64,000 nucleotides of DNA from positions 1 to 64,000 of the forward strand of contig NW_013657616.1 of assembly GCF_000142905.1 (NCBI RefSeq), written 5' to 3'. Numbering within the stretch: position 1 is the stretch's first letter; every line of letters begins with the position of its first letter. The DNA comes from Thecamonas trahens ATCC 50062 (lineage: Eukaryota; Protista; Apusomonadida). Positions 1 to 12,249 of the stretch are shown here, one piece after another. The notes beneath the pieces are model-generated. The model did not search any database, was not told the origin of the DNA, and was given only the letters and a program-made list of their open reading frames with translations. Both the position numbers and the translations under genes were made by a program.

Positions 1-1225
1 CCTGCGCCCGCGCCCTGGCCGTAGAGCCAGAGCCCGGACCCACGCCAGTGCTCGTGAGGGGTTGCCCGCCTCGGTGGGTTGGGAGAAGTTGACTGTTTTC
101 ACACATTGTGATAGCAGTTCTCTCCCCACCACGAGTTTGGCCACAGAAATTGACAAACCACTTGGTTTGTGGTGGCTGTGGGGATGGATATTGTGGGTGA
201 GGGCGATGGGGTGCCGGGGTGGCGCACTTGGTCGGAATTGGTTGGTCAGGGTCTGGGGGGTGATTATGGTTATTGCACCACACCCGTCCAGCCTCGACAC
301 GCTTGCCATCACTCGCCAGCCGTCGCGAGGCCGACCACCACCATCATCATCACCATACACATCACACAGACACATGCGCATGCATCCACATCCACTTGCT
401 CGCCATACCCACATCCCCATCCCCCCAGCCAGCCAGCCATTGATCACAAATTCTTACTGATCACGCAACCTCACCACCCACCCCCCGCCATCAACCATCA
501 CACACACACACACACCACCCATCCCAGTCCCAGCCCAAACACCCACATGCACTGGCCGTCGTCCGCGACCTGCCTGCCATCCACACATTACCAGATGGCG
601 CAGCCTGCTCCCTCCAGCTGCTGAAGATGAGACCCAGACACATGCGCCGAGCACAACCATGCCTCGCACATCCGCCACACAACCGTCATCGCTATCCTGC
701 AACCACCACGCCCGACCATCCATCCCGTCAACCCCATCACCTGCTGCTGCTCAACCATCCTAACCCTAACCCCTACCGTCCTCTGCAATCCAATCACCCC
801 TCATCGCGCATCAACACTGTGTCCTCTTTATCCCGATCTCCCCCACACCTCCCCACCTCCTCAGCCAGTCCTCCGGATCGTCCTTGATCAAGCAAGGTCA
901 GCCGGCCAGCTCTTCTTTGCTGGGCGTCGTGCTACCTCTGCCTGACAACGACGTACCTTGCCAACCCCACCCATGCCCCTCGCTCGTTGTCCTCATCGCC
1001 GCCGCCCGCACACGCACCCTGGCTCACGCCCCGCGGCCGCAATCTGATCTCTGCCATCGAGGCGTTGCGCATGCCGACCGCACCCTCGCTCGCAGCAGAG
1101 TGCTGCCTCCAGGCATGGCCACGCGGAAGGTGCTCGCCTCCAGATCTGCTGTCCCAACCTTGCAGTCGAGGCCGATCCACCCCAAGCCACCATTGCCGCC
1201 CGACCCTTTCATCGCCGCATGTGCG

Positions 1226-2547
1226 TCAATCCCGCGATCGCCGCCGCCGCCGCGTCCGACTCCCTCCACTGCTTCGCGACTTTCTCCGCGATGAACGGTG
1301 CCGACTCGACCGGTGCCGCGACGAGCCGTGCCCATGCCGACTCGACCGCCGTGACCGCCTGCTTCGCCGCAACTCGTGACCGCTGTGGTCAACAGTGTCC
1401 AGTACGCCAGCTGCGCCCATGTTGGAGTCGAGCCAGACGTCGAGCGCGTCGCGCCCACTCTCGTGCCGGCCCCCAGCCGTCTGTCCAGCACTTGGTGTGG
1501 CAAAGACAGCCGGTGACTCGATCAACGCGTTCAGCAGCGCGAGATCGTCGGTGACCGGTACACTGACGTGCCGCGTCTCATCGACGCTCCGCATGTGCCG
1601 CAGCGGCAGACCGTCGTCAAACAGCACAGACCGCATGGCTTCTGTCCGCGATGCATGGCGCGCCGACATCTCCGCCAGCGCTGTCTCGTCATGGCCCACA
1701 TCGCCCATCACCCGCCGCATCCGCTGCTGCAGCACCGCGATAAGCTTCTCCTTCTCTGCAATTTGGTCCTTGATCTTGGACAGTGCCGTGCGATACCTTG
1801 TCTCCATGGCCTCGAACTGGGGACGCGGCACCATGCTATCATCGGTGACGGGCCCGGTCCCAGACACGCCGACGGGCTGTCCGCCCTGCCCACCTCGTCC
1901 TCCGCCGCCCGACGCCTGCGTCTTGGCACGGAGCCTCCGATCGACGCCTCCAACTCTTCGATCCGCGCCTCGTACTCGTTCGAGACTCTCAGCAGCTCCG
2001 CCACCAGATTGCTCTTCTCCTCCTCTACTGCCCTAGCCCGACCGCCGCCGTCGCCCTCGGCACCGCTCCCACCAGCGGCGTCAACAAACACCAGGCCCTC
2101 TCGACCGGTCAGCACGTGCTGCTGATCGCACACCGTACGCATCACTGCATCCATCAGCCGCCAGAACTTGTCTGCCCCCTCTTGATCGCGGGGAAACGAG
2201 ACCAGATGCCGCATCACCTGCAGCGCCGGCTGATACAAATCCGTCCCGGTCACCTTTGCCCGCAGTGTCTCAAACGCAGCATACAACGGCGAGCTGTCCA
2301 CACCCACACACCCACATCCTTCGGTCAGTCCACCACCACCAGTCCAGCCCCACCACCACCAGCCCCAGCCCCAGCCCCCCAGCCCCATTCCACCCCGTCC
2401 AACGTACTCGTGCTTGCGGTATGTAGTGTGTGTGTTGTGGCGCGAAGGCGCCGGGTAACCACCCCCACCACCACCCCCACCACCACCACCACCCCCACCA
2501 CCATACTCCATACGCTCACTCATATACGACGAATACACAGACGCCAT
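1226..2547 (-). CDS. Hypothetical coiled-coil protein with Arg/Ser-rich C-terminus (2 exons, one apparent frameshift near 1925)
   Basis: ATG at 2547 (MASVYSSY). A GTACGT..CAG intron at 2407-2294 removes a low-complexity tract in frame. ORF 1708-2589 joins ORF 1226-1867 if one base is added at GTGCCAAG. Heptad-like segments include KIKDQIAEKEKLIAVLQQRMRR. Confidence 0.55.
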
Positions 2548-2695
2548 ACTTGACCAAGACCACCTGCAACCCAGTCCAGCTACACACAATGCCCTGCCCT
2601 CTCTGGCGTCAGGTCATACCGCCACCGCTACCACCGTCGGCCAACCACCACCACCACTGCCGACCAACTCGCACCACCACTGCCACCACCGACTC

Positions 2696-5549
2696 ATGGC
2701 GACACCGACACACCCCCTCCCCCATCCCACCCTGGTTGTGGCCATGGCCATAGACACCCACACCACCACACGTGCGGGGCTTATAGCTGCTGCCACCGCA
2801 TGGGCATGTATCTCGCTCGTCCTTCTTCTGGCTCACCCGGACCGTGTCTTGGCTGCAACTCCCTCTCCACTCGTCCTGCCGTCAGCCACAGCTGCACTCG
2901 TCCTGCTCCTTCTCCTCCTTCTCCTTGCCATCCATCTTCGCTCGCTGCTCCTTCCTCATCCGCCGCTCCATCGCGATTCGTCCCGCCCGCCACCACCTCC
3001 GTCGCTCTCCGTCCGCAGGTCGCTTCGATGGCAGCAAGTTCCGCTGCCGGAGCTTGTTGCCGGCGACGAGATTCTCCTCACACGCGGCGATGTCATCCCG
3101 GCTGACATGCTCGTCACCGCTGCATCGCGACCGCTCCGTCTCGCCCACTTTACCCTCCCGCTGCGGTTTGTGCATGCCCTGCTTCCACATACTCTGCCTG
3201 ATCTGCAGCACGCGAGCTCGTCGCCTCAACCGGATGCGCCCGCCCTCCCGCGCGGCCTGCTCGTCGTCTCGGGCAAGGTCCGCGGGCTGGTACTTCATGC
3301 CCCACCCACTCCTGTACTGTCCAACACAGGAGAGTGGCGCTGGATGCCTCCAGTCCCGCTGCGGCCAAAGGGTCCACTACTCCCGTCGCCAGGCCGGTCG
3401 CTGCCCCGTCCCGATCCGGCATGCGGCTCGCTCCGCTGGGGCCTTGTCATCGCATGCCTTGCCGGTGCTCTTGGGCTCTTCCTGCTGTTTGAAGCACTGT
3501 CTCGATCTCGCTCGCACCAGCTGGCAACGCCTAGTGCCATGTCATTCTGGCTGCTGGCTACCCTGTCGTGGTCCGCCCTCCTTCTCGCCTTCTTCGTCCC
3601 GGCACCCGTCCCGCGAGCAATCGCCGAGGAGCGCAAACTTCGCGCCCTCCTCTCGTCAACCTTTGGCCTGCATGCTGCTCGTCCGGGCCTCCTCACCCTT
3701 GCCGCTTCAGCCCAGGTCCTTGTTGTTGACGACCAGTTTGTCCTCGCCTCCCGCGACACCAGCTCCGTCGCCTCGCTGCGATCGCTTGTCCTCGGCTTTG
3801 GCCTCTCCGTTATCTACGTTTCGGCCTTTCCGCCGGCCCTTGCCCGGGCCCTGTCCGCGTTTTTCTTCTCGGGTGGTCTGCTCTCCGGCTTTGAGCCCGA
3901 GGGCGAGACTTCGTTCCTGACCCCGGTCTCGCCGGCCGAGCTCTCTAGCTTTGCTGCGGGCATCCGCCGCTCCTCGAGCGACCGCCTCCACCCGCGCAAC
4001 CTCCACGGGCTCGCCATACACTCGGTGCCGGGCAGTGACGTCGCCGGCATCATCCGCACCCTGCGGGTCATCATGGTCCGTGGCACAACTGTGCTCGGCA
4101 CCATCTCCACCCTCTCGTCGCTCCCCGCCGCCGGCGTCTTTCACGCCACGATTGCGCTCTCTCCGCCGTGCCAGCTTCCGGCCGCACTCTCCGCCGTGGT
4201 GAACGCCTCGCGCTCAAACCTGGCGCTGTCGTTCGAGCGCTACCCCTCCGCCGGCCCGCGCCCTTCCGCTTCTCGTCCTGGACCTCCGAATCAAGTCCAT
4301 CCGGCGACGGCTGGGACGCTGCTGACGCGCTCTCCGCAGCCTCCGACACGCCCATTCCACTCGACTCCAGCCTCTCCGAGTACGAGTCGTGGGACACGCC
4401 GCTGTGGTCGTTTGACTCATCGTCGTCCCTGGCGTACGCGCCAGTCCAGGGCGCCAGTGTCCCGAGCCTCCAGTGTCTCGCCGCACAGGCATGCGTTGTC
4501 TACGCCGCTCATCGCCGCCGCACCAGTCCGGACGAGCTCGCGTCGTCTGCGCGGGCCTTTCTCGAGCAATTTGCTCCCCGCACCGCGCCTGCCGTCAGCC
4601 ACGCTGCCGACCTTGTCCTTGCACGACCAGCCGGCACCCGGCGCCTCTCCCATGTCGACAAGCTGCGAATCCTCATCGTAGCCGCTAGTGTCCACGCCGC
4701 CCATCACGGCACCGTCCGGGCCATGACGCTTGGCTTCTCGCTCGCCATCGGCGGCAACCTTGTGCTCGGCCTGTTGCTCGGCATGCCGCGGCTGATCTTT
4801 CTGAGCGGCATGGCGCTCTTGTTAGGCACCTTGGTCTTGCCGCTTCCACTATGGCTGGCCGACGAGCTGGACTCGAGCCTCTTGGCCGTCTACGCACAGC
4901 AACCTGGCCTCGCGCTCGCCGGCGGTTTACGGTCGCTGCTGCCATGCCTGGGCGGATGCCACAGGCCATGCTTCCGCGCAGCGTTGATGCTCGCGCCCCG
5001 ATCCGTCTGGCGCTTTACGTCACGCTCGCGACGTGGTCGATGGTGGCCGCGTCGTGGTCGCTGCGGACCCGGCTGCCGCTCGCCAGCCTTCTCGGCGCCA
5101 TCTTCTCGCCAGACCTTGATGCGCGAAATCTGATCATGTACGGAGAGTCTGCGCCACAGCGTGCACTGGCGCTTGCTGGCATGCGCTCGAGCGTTGTCCT
5201 TGCGCTTTTCGCTGTCGGTCTCGCCCTCCTCCTCAGCCGCGCCCACGGCGTGGCGCTCTACGCGCGAATTGCGACCATATCTCTCCTCGCCGTCTTTACC
5301 TTTTCCATGGTCTCGCTCCTCCCTGCCCTCGGGGTCTACCTCGGCATTGCCGCGCCGCACGTCTGGGAACTTGTTCTCACCCTGGCCTTTGCGGTCGTGG
5401 TCTTTGGCGCCGAGCTCGCCCAGAGTACGACCTCGCGCGCACGCACAAATGCGCCTCTGCTTCTGCCGTCCGCCATCCGAGCCAACGATGCTCTCCGCCG
5501 TGCCGTGGCGCCGCCGCCAGAAGCCTCCGCCGCCCACGCCTCAGAGTAG
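2696..5549 (+). CDS. Degenerate, probably catalytically dead type II P-type ATPase-like membrane protein
   Basis: A-domain motif LVAGDEILLTRGDVIPAD, then VVSGKVRGLV, an M4-like segment, HAADLVL and C-terminal TM helices, in P-type order. Spread over ORFs 2696-4681, 4168-5133 and 4851-5549, joined by single-base shifts near 4255 and 4997. TGES, PEGL, DKTGT, TGD and GDGxND are all absent. Confidence 0.7.
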
Positions 5550-6880
5550 CTCAAACTTCAAACACAGCTGGTCAGGGTCCGGCCTCCAGACCATAGCCCA
5601 CGACGCGCTGAGGACGTGGCCAACCCACCCTGCCCACGACGACGCCATGAGCGCAAACAGCGCCGGGCGTGACGATGGCAACTTGGCCACAAGCGAGTCG
5701 TAGACGCCAAGCGAAAGCGCGTCCCACACTCCGGCAGCCCACGGCCCCATCGAGCCGTCAAACGAGGCCTCGTCGAGAACAAACCCAAAGTCAAGATCAA
5801 TCCGGGTGGGGTGCACATTGAGGTACGCCACAATCGGCCGTGCAAGCTGGCCATACAGCGCCGACCACGGCGACCAGATGTCGATGTGCGGCGTCGACGT
5901 CCGCACGTCACGCAGCACGAGATGGACCTTGTACGCCACCCGCCGCGGCGCTGGCAGCTTGTTCTGCGCCGCCAGCGACCGGTTACCCGCAGTGTAGCCA
6001 AACTTGCGCCGGTGCAAAGACTCGCCACGCTCCGGTGGCGGCGGAAACGTGATCTCCATGTGAATGTCGACCTGGCCTGCGTCGAGCCACGCCAGCGGGC
6101 CATGGGTCGTCTCGGTCAGGCGGCGGATGTCCATGTTGCGCAGCGAGATCCGCCACGTGTCCGGCTTGTCGCCAGCGGGGCAATGGCAAACTCGGCAGAG
6201 CTCCCGTCTGGCATGGCATCAAACGAGCCGCGGAACCACGTCGCCCGCGAAATGTCCATGTGCTGCCACTGGTAGCGATACGGCTGGAGTACTGCTGACG
6301 AGACGGCCAGATCGAGCGGGACTCGCCCAGCCTGGTACACCGCCACCTCGCAGTCGTGGACCTCAAACTTGACAAACTCTTGATGGTACTCGTGCGCGAG
6401 GAGAGGCACACCAGACGCCGGGCCGACAGAGTACTCTGCGAGCACATCAGGCAGAACTGCCCGATGCGGCGGCGTCGCCCATGCCAGATGCCGCCGGTCG
6501 AGGGCACCGCGGATGCCCGTGACCTCTGCCGAGTGGACCAAGCCTTTGCCTTCCATCCACCGCAGCGCCGAGAGCCGCAGCCGCGCCTTGCGCACACTCA
6601 AGTTGAGGTGCTGCGTATTGGCATCGGTGCCGAGCAGGGCGATGGTGTCGGGCGTCCGCAGAATGCGCAGCTTGGCCAGCTCGAGCACCAAGCCGTCCCT
6701 TGCCGTAAAGCTCACCTCAACCGCACCCACCACCACCGAGTAGCCAGCATATGCCGTCAGCCGTCGTGAGAGCCAAGCCAGCCTCCTTCGCTCCGCATCC
6801 TCACCGCCCCACCATGTCCACAGTCCAGCGCCCACGCCCACCACCGCCCCACCGCCGGCAATGGCCACCAGTCGCTGCAT
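5541..6880 (-). CDS. MDM31: Mitochondrial distribution and morphology protein Mdm31/Mdm32 family
   Basis: Motifs LRWMEGKGLVHSAEVTGIRGALDRRH, GPLAWLDAGQVDIHMEITFP, LARPIVAYLN and FDGSMGPWAAGVWDALSLGVYD match recalled fungal Mdm31. ORFs 6116-6925 and 5541-6134 join by one extra C at the run 6177-6180. Confidence 0.8.
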
Positions 6881-7010
6881 GTACCTCAGAGCTACCCTTG
6901 TCGCACTCTCGCACGGCACGCACACCTCCCAACAGGCCGCTCAGTGCAGTCCTGATCCAAAGTCGGTAGTGCCTGCTCGCGAGTCGGCGTCAAGTCATAC
7001 AGGCTTACGC

Positions 7011-7064
7011 TGCCACGCGCCGTGCCACGCGCCGTGCCACGCGCCGTGCCACGCGCCGTGCCAC
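7011..7064. repeat. 12-bp tandem repeat (tgccacgcgccg) x4.5
   Basis: Directly visible, about 45 bp 3' of the RPC2 stop. Confidence 0.9.
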
Positions 7065-7106
7065 TCCCACGCTCACAGCTCTCGGTTTCTCTGTGCTACC
7101 TCGTTT

Positions 7107-10100
7107 CTACAGCGGCTCGAGCCGCATCCTCGCCACCACGTTCATCGACGCGAGCTCCTGGACAAGGAGCTTGGCAGCGTATGGCAGCTGTACCGCCGAG
7201 AGTGATGCGGTTGCACGGCAGTACTGGCACCAGTCCTTGTACCCGATGAGGCCGCACTCGCGGCAGACGTGGACGGTAAATGCGTCAGACGAGACCATAA
7301 GCCGCTCGATGAGGAGCGCCGAGGTACCGTGCGCGATGAGGCAGTCGCGCTCCATCTCGCCGAGGCGGAGTCCGCCGGACCGCGACCGACCCTCGGTCGG
7401 CTGACGGGTGAGTACCGCGCGAGGGCCGCGGGCGCGGGCGTGCATCTTGTCCATCACCATGTGCTTGAGCTTCTGGTAGTAGATGGGGCCAAAGAAGACA
7501 TACGCCGAGAGCGGCTCGCCGGTGATGCCGGACGTCAGATAGTCCTTGCCCGAGTACGAGTAGCCTGCGCCGATGAGCGCAGCGCAGAGCTCGCCCACAG
7601 GATCGCCGGCAAAGACCGTGCCATCGTGAAAGGCGCCCTCGATGGCGCCGGCCTTGCCGCCCATAAGCTCCAGTAGCTTGCCGCACGTCATCCGCGACGG
7701 GAACCCGTGCGGGTTCATGACCATGTCCGGCACAATGCCCTCGTCGGTAAACGGCATGTCCTCCTGCTCCACAATGAGCCCACACACGCCCTTCTGTCCG
7801 TGGCGCGATGAGAACTTGTCGCCGACCTCGGGCCGCCGCGTCGACCGCATGAGCACCTTGATCACCACAGACGACGACGCGTTCGACGTGATCATCACCT
7901 TGTCCACCACGTTGGGGATCGAGAGCTTCCACCGGAGCGGGCTCGGCTGGTACAGCGTCGTGTTCTGTGCATCGAGATTGGCCAGGTTCTCAGACGTATT
8001 GACTGGCGACTCCTTCTTGATCATCACGTTGCCCTCCTGGACCGCGAGCCCGACCTCGCAGATGCCGTCCTCGTCGAGGATCTCGTACTGCGAGCCCGGC
8101 TCGACGTCGGCCGGCCGCGCCGAGATGCGGTCGATGGTCTGGTTTGGATACTGGCGAATCGACGCCGCGTACTTACGGTACACGGTGCACCGCCCGTAGC
8201 CGCGGTCGAGGCTCGCCTTGTTCAGCACCGACGCGTCCTCGATGTCGTAGCCAGAGTACGACATGACCGCCACCATGGCGTTCTGCCCGGCCGGCAGCTT
8301 GTGGAACCCGATGAGCTCGATGGTCTTGGTCTGCACCAACGGCCGCTGCGGGTAGACGAGCGTGTACAGCAGCGTGTCGATCCGCGTCAGCTGGTTGTAC
8401 GCAATCGCCCCGATGGCCTGCTTGCCCATCGCGCACTGGTACGTGTTCCGCGGCGACTGGTTGTGGTGCGGGTACGGAATGAGCCCGGCGCAGACGCCGA
8501 GGAGCGTCAGCGGCTCGAGTTCAAGGTGCGTCGTAAGGCCCGGCACAATCTCGCGCTCGTAGAGCGCAATGTGCGCTCCGTTCTCCTCGTTGACATCGAG
8601 AAACTCGATGAGCCCGTCAGCCACAAAGTCGTCAAACGACCGCAGGCCCTGCCGGAGCTCGGCAAGCTCGACAGCGCCCACCCGCGGCTGCCCGCTCGCC
8701 TCGTCGCAAATAATCAGCGGCCGGCAGAGCCGCCCGCCGTCGGTCGCAACATGGACCGTCTCCCGCTCGTCGTTGCGGTAGATCGAGATGAACGGCGAGA
8801 GCCGTCCCACACGCCGCAACGCCCGGAGCCCGGCAACAAGCTCGTTCGGCGCTGCATGGATGCCCAGGATGAGGCCGTTGACAAAGACCAGGTACACGCC
8901 TGGTGTGTTGATCTCAAAGCCCGAGACCATCGAAATCGGCTCGACGCCGAGCCCGTACGCCAGCGCAGCCAGCTCATCGTCCGACGAGTCAGTTGTCACA
9001 TGCGTGAGCAGCGCGAGGTTCTTGACCAGCCCGCAGCTCTCACCCTCGGGTGTGTCTGACGGACAGAGCATGCCCCACTGCGATGGCTGCAGCGCGCGCG
9101 GACCCGAGACCTTGCGCGACTTTTCAAACTGCGACGAGATCCGCGTCATCATGCCCATGGCCGCAATAAACGACAGCCGCGAGAGGACCTGCGTCACGCC
9201 CGCACGCTCCATCTTGAACCGCCGCAGCGACCAGTTACCTGTCGAAATCGCACGCACCATCCCGTTCGTGATGGTGTCGTGCCGGATCCATTTGGTCACG
9301 TCAAACGCCGCAGCCCGGTTCTGCTTGGAGAGCACCGTCTCGGCGTGCTTTCGCAGCTGCGCGTTGAGGTTCTTGAACAGGTCCTCAAACAGCAGCGCGA
9401 GCAGCTGGCCCGCAAGCTCCAGTCGCTTGTTTCCGTAGTAGTCCTTGTCGTCGACCGCGCCTCCGCGCGCAACTGCCTCAAAGATCCGCCGGATCATCAC
9501 CGCGAGGTACACCACCTTGGCGTGGTAGTTGAACGCGCTCACCGGAATGTGCGAGAGGACAACCGAAGCGAGCAGCTCGCGTGCGTCCTCTGTCCGCGAC
9601 TTGCGTCCCGACCCGTACCCGCGCCGCGAGTGAGCCTGCATCCGCGCTGCAATGTACGCCAGCGCCTGCTCTTGTGTCGAGACTCCCGTCGCGCCGGCCT
9701 CCTCCAGAGACGCCGCCAGCGCACGCTGGTGCTCAGAGCCCACAAGCGCCACCACCTCCATGTCCGACGTCACGCCCATCGCCTTGAGCGCCACCACAAT
9801 TGGCACGTCCTCAGACAGTGCGTTGTGGTTGAGGTACAGCTTGTCGTGCTTGAGGTTGATGTTCGTCCGCGACTTGCGCTCGTGTGTCGACGACGTCACC
9901 GTCGCGCCCACATTCCCTTTTTGTCCAGCTGGATGATAATCCGGTTCTTGGACAGCTGCTCCTGGATAAGAATGACCTTCTCCACTCCGCGGATGACAAA
10001 GTACCCTCCCGGGTCCAGCGGGCACTCGCCGAGCTCCGCCAACTCAGACTCGCACTTGCCTGTCAGCACGCACTTGGTCGACCGCAGCATGATCGGCATG

Positions 10101-10746
10101 CGTCCAATGGGCAGGCCCTTCTTGATCACAATCTCGTTGCCGCGCGTAAACTCGACGTCGACCACAATCCGCGCAGAGTAGGTCATGTCACGCAGCCGGC
10201 ACTGATGCGGCGTTACCGACTCCACCGCCATCATCTCCTCGTCCACACTCGGCTCCTCCACACGAATGTCCTTGTACTCGAGAAAGAACGTCTTGTCCGC
10301 CTGAGTCGTCACCCGCGCATTCGCCTTGACAATCTCCTTGATGTCCTTAGTCAGAAAGTAGTTGTACGAGTCGATGTGCTGCTTGACCAGCCCGCGCGTG
10401 GCCAGGAACGCCGGCAGCAGCTGAAACTTGTCCTACACTCGCCGCACCGCCGTCCACAGCATCAACCACCACCACACATTGGTGAGTGATGCCAATATCT
10501 AGCTAGCTAGCTCTATGGCTAGTGCCTGCCGTGTATGGCGGACATCCCTCCCTCCCCCCCCCCCCCCCCCCTCCCCCTCCCTCCCTCTTTGCCCTCCCTC
10601 CCCTGCCCTCCCTCCTTGCCCTCCCGCCCATGACGCGACCATCACACCTCGGCTCCTTCCCTCCCGCTCCCCTCCCTGCCCTCTCACCATACCTCGACAG
10701 ACTTGATAGGGTCGGACAGCTTCTCCTTGTTGAACAGCTCATCCAT
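7107..10746 (-). CDS. RPC2: RNA polymerase III second-largest subunit (RPC2/POLR3B)
   Basis: Exon 1 is 10746-10693 ([18 protein letters not shown]), followed by a GTATGG..TAG intron at 10692-10433. Exon 2 begins [23 protein letters not shown] and contains [35 protein letters not shown] and a C-terminal Zn ribbon. One frameshift at the AAAAAGGG run near 9915-9922. Confidence 0.96.
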
Positions 10747-11349
10747 CCTGGCACAGTCCTCCCACCCAGCCCCGCCGCTACGTCAAGTGGTACCGTGTCC
10801 TGACATGCCCCTCCCCCCCCCCCCCCTCCCTCCTCCAGCCTTGCCCGACTCGTCGAAGCAAAGATGGTGTCGCTGCGTCTTGCTAGTGACCGACCAACTC
10901 GCCGACTTGGCCCCACACAGCCATCGAACCAACGCACACTGTATGTCACCTATACACATCCATATCCCCCACACTATAGTTATTGATCATCACGCGCATG
11001 GCTACTGGAAGAAGAGAGTTGGTCGTCGCCGGCGATGGCCCATGCCGCGCCGCGATGCTCGGAGCAGATCCAGAGTCTTCTTGCTCCAACAACTCCGGCT
11101 TCTCGCGCGCAGCTCGCGCCAATCGCAGCGATGTATGTGTTCTATGTGCTGGCAAATGGTCGACGCTCCGCATCCTGGCTGGCTACCGGCCTGGCTGCCG
11201 CCTGACTACCGGTCTGGCTGCCGCCTGGCCCTTCAACCGCTGCGGACTGCGCCCCGTTGACTGACTCGCTCGCCGCTGGCACCAGGCGACACTCCTCCTT
11301 CTCCTCCTCCTCCTCCTCCTCCTCCTCACCTTGCAGCTGTGGTACGGAC

Positions 11350-11969
11350 ATGGCGGAGAGGGACGATGGAGTGGCGGACGTGCTCACGGCTGCCTCGCTG
11401 GGCGACACGGACAAGCTTCGCTGGCTGACCAAGGAGCTCGGCGTGTCTCTGGTGGTACCTGACGGTGAAGAAGGACCGGTTCTCCGCGCTGTAGCCGGCG
11501 GCCATCACGACACCGTTCGCTTCCTGCTTGCCGCCGGCGTTTCGGTTGATGAGGCCGATGCCGACGGACGTACCGCGCTCCATCGCGCGGCGCGGTCGGG
11601 CGATCTGGCCCTCGTTCAGATCCTGGTCTCGGCCAACTGCGACATCGATGCCCGCGACTCGTCCGGCTCCACCCGCTGCATGCGGCGCTCGAGGGCAAGT
11701 ACCCGCGCATCGTGGCGTATCTCGTGGAGCAAGGCTCTGACTTTGACGCCCGCAATCACGCCGGCATTGTTCCGCTCCACTACGAGTCGGTCCGCAGCCT
11801 GCCCATGGTTGCCCCAGTTGTCGAGCAGCGGCGCCAGGACGAGCTGGATGCCCTGCGCGAGGCTCGCGAGGCCGAGGAAGCCGCCAACACCGCCCGCGTC
11901 CGGGCCCTCCTTGCCCCCGTCGATCAGAAGAAGAAGAAGAAGAAGAAGAAACCCAAGACTCGCCGCTGA
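11350..11969 (+). CDS. Ankyrin-repeat protein with poly-Lys C-terminus
   Basis: GRTALHRAARSGDLALVQILVSANCDIDARD is a canonical ankyrin repeat. One extra C at 11672-11674 restores GSTPLHAALEGKYPRIVAYLVEQGSDFDARN. Confidence 0.85.
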
Positions 11970-12249
11970 CGCCTTGCCCTGCCCGCAACCGCCGCCTGGA
12001 CACCCAGCGCTCGCCGCTGACGCCCTGCGCCCTCCATGATCACTCCATCCTCGCCGACATGACCCACACCAACATAGTCCGCAAACACTCTCACACACAA
12101 CCACACCCTCGACCCATCCGCCTTCTGCATCATACAGACACCCCCCCCCCCTCCCCCCTCCCCCCCCCCCTCCTCCTCCTTCCCAGGGAAGCCCGGTTTC
12201 ACGACCTTTTTTCGGCCATCACCACCTCTCTTGCTCCGCCCACGCCGCC

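Noticed and set aside
759-777. Telomere-like CCTAACCCTAACCCCTAC
   Set aside because: Only about two units in C-rich low-complexity sequence, with no array.
1-1220. Possible gene(s) among overlapping ORFs in the first 1.2 kb
   Set aside because: No recognisable motif, and the frame and strand cannot be fixed.
10860-11260. Possible small spliced gene (GTATGT..TAG mini-intron near 10941-10979) between RPC2 and the ankyrin gene
   Set aside because: No convincing protein in any frame.
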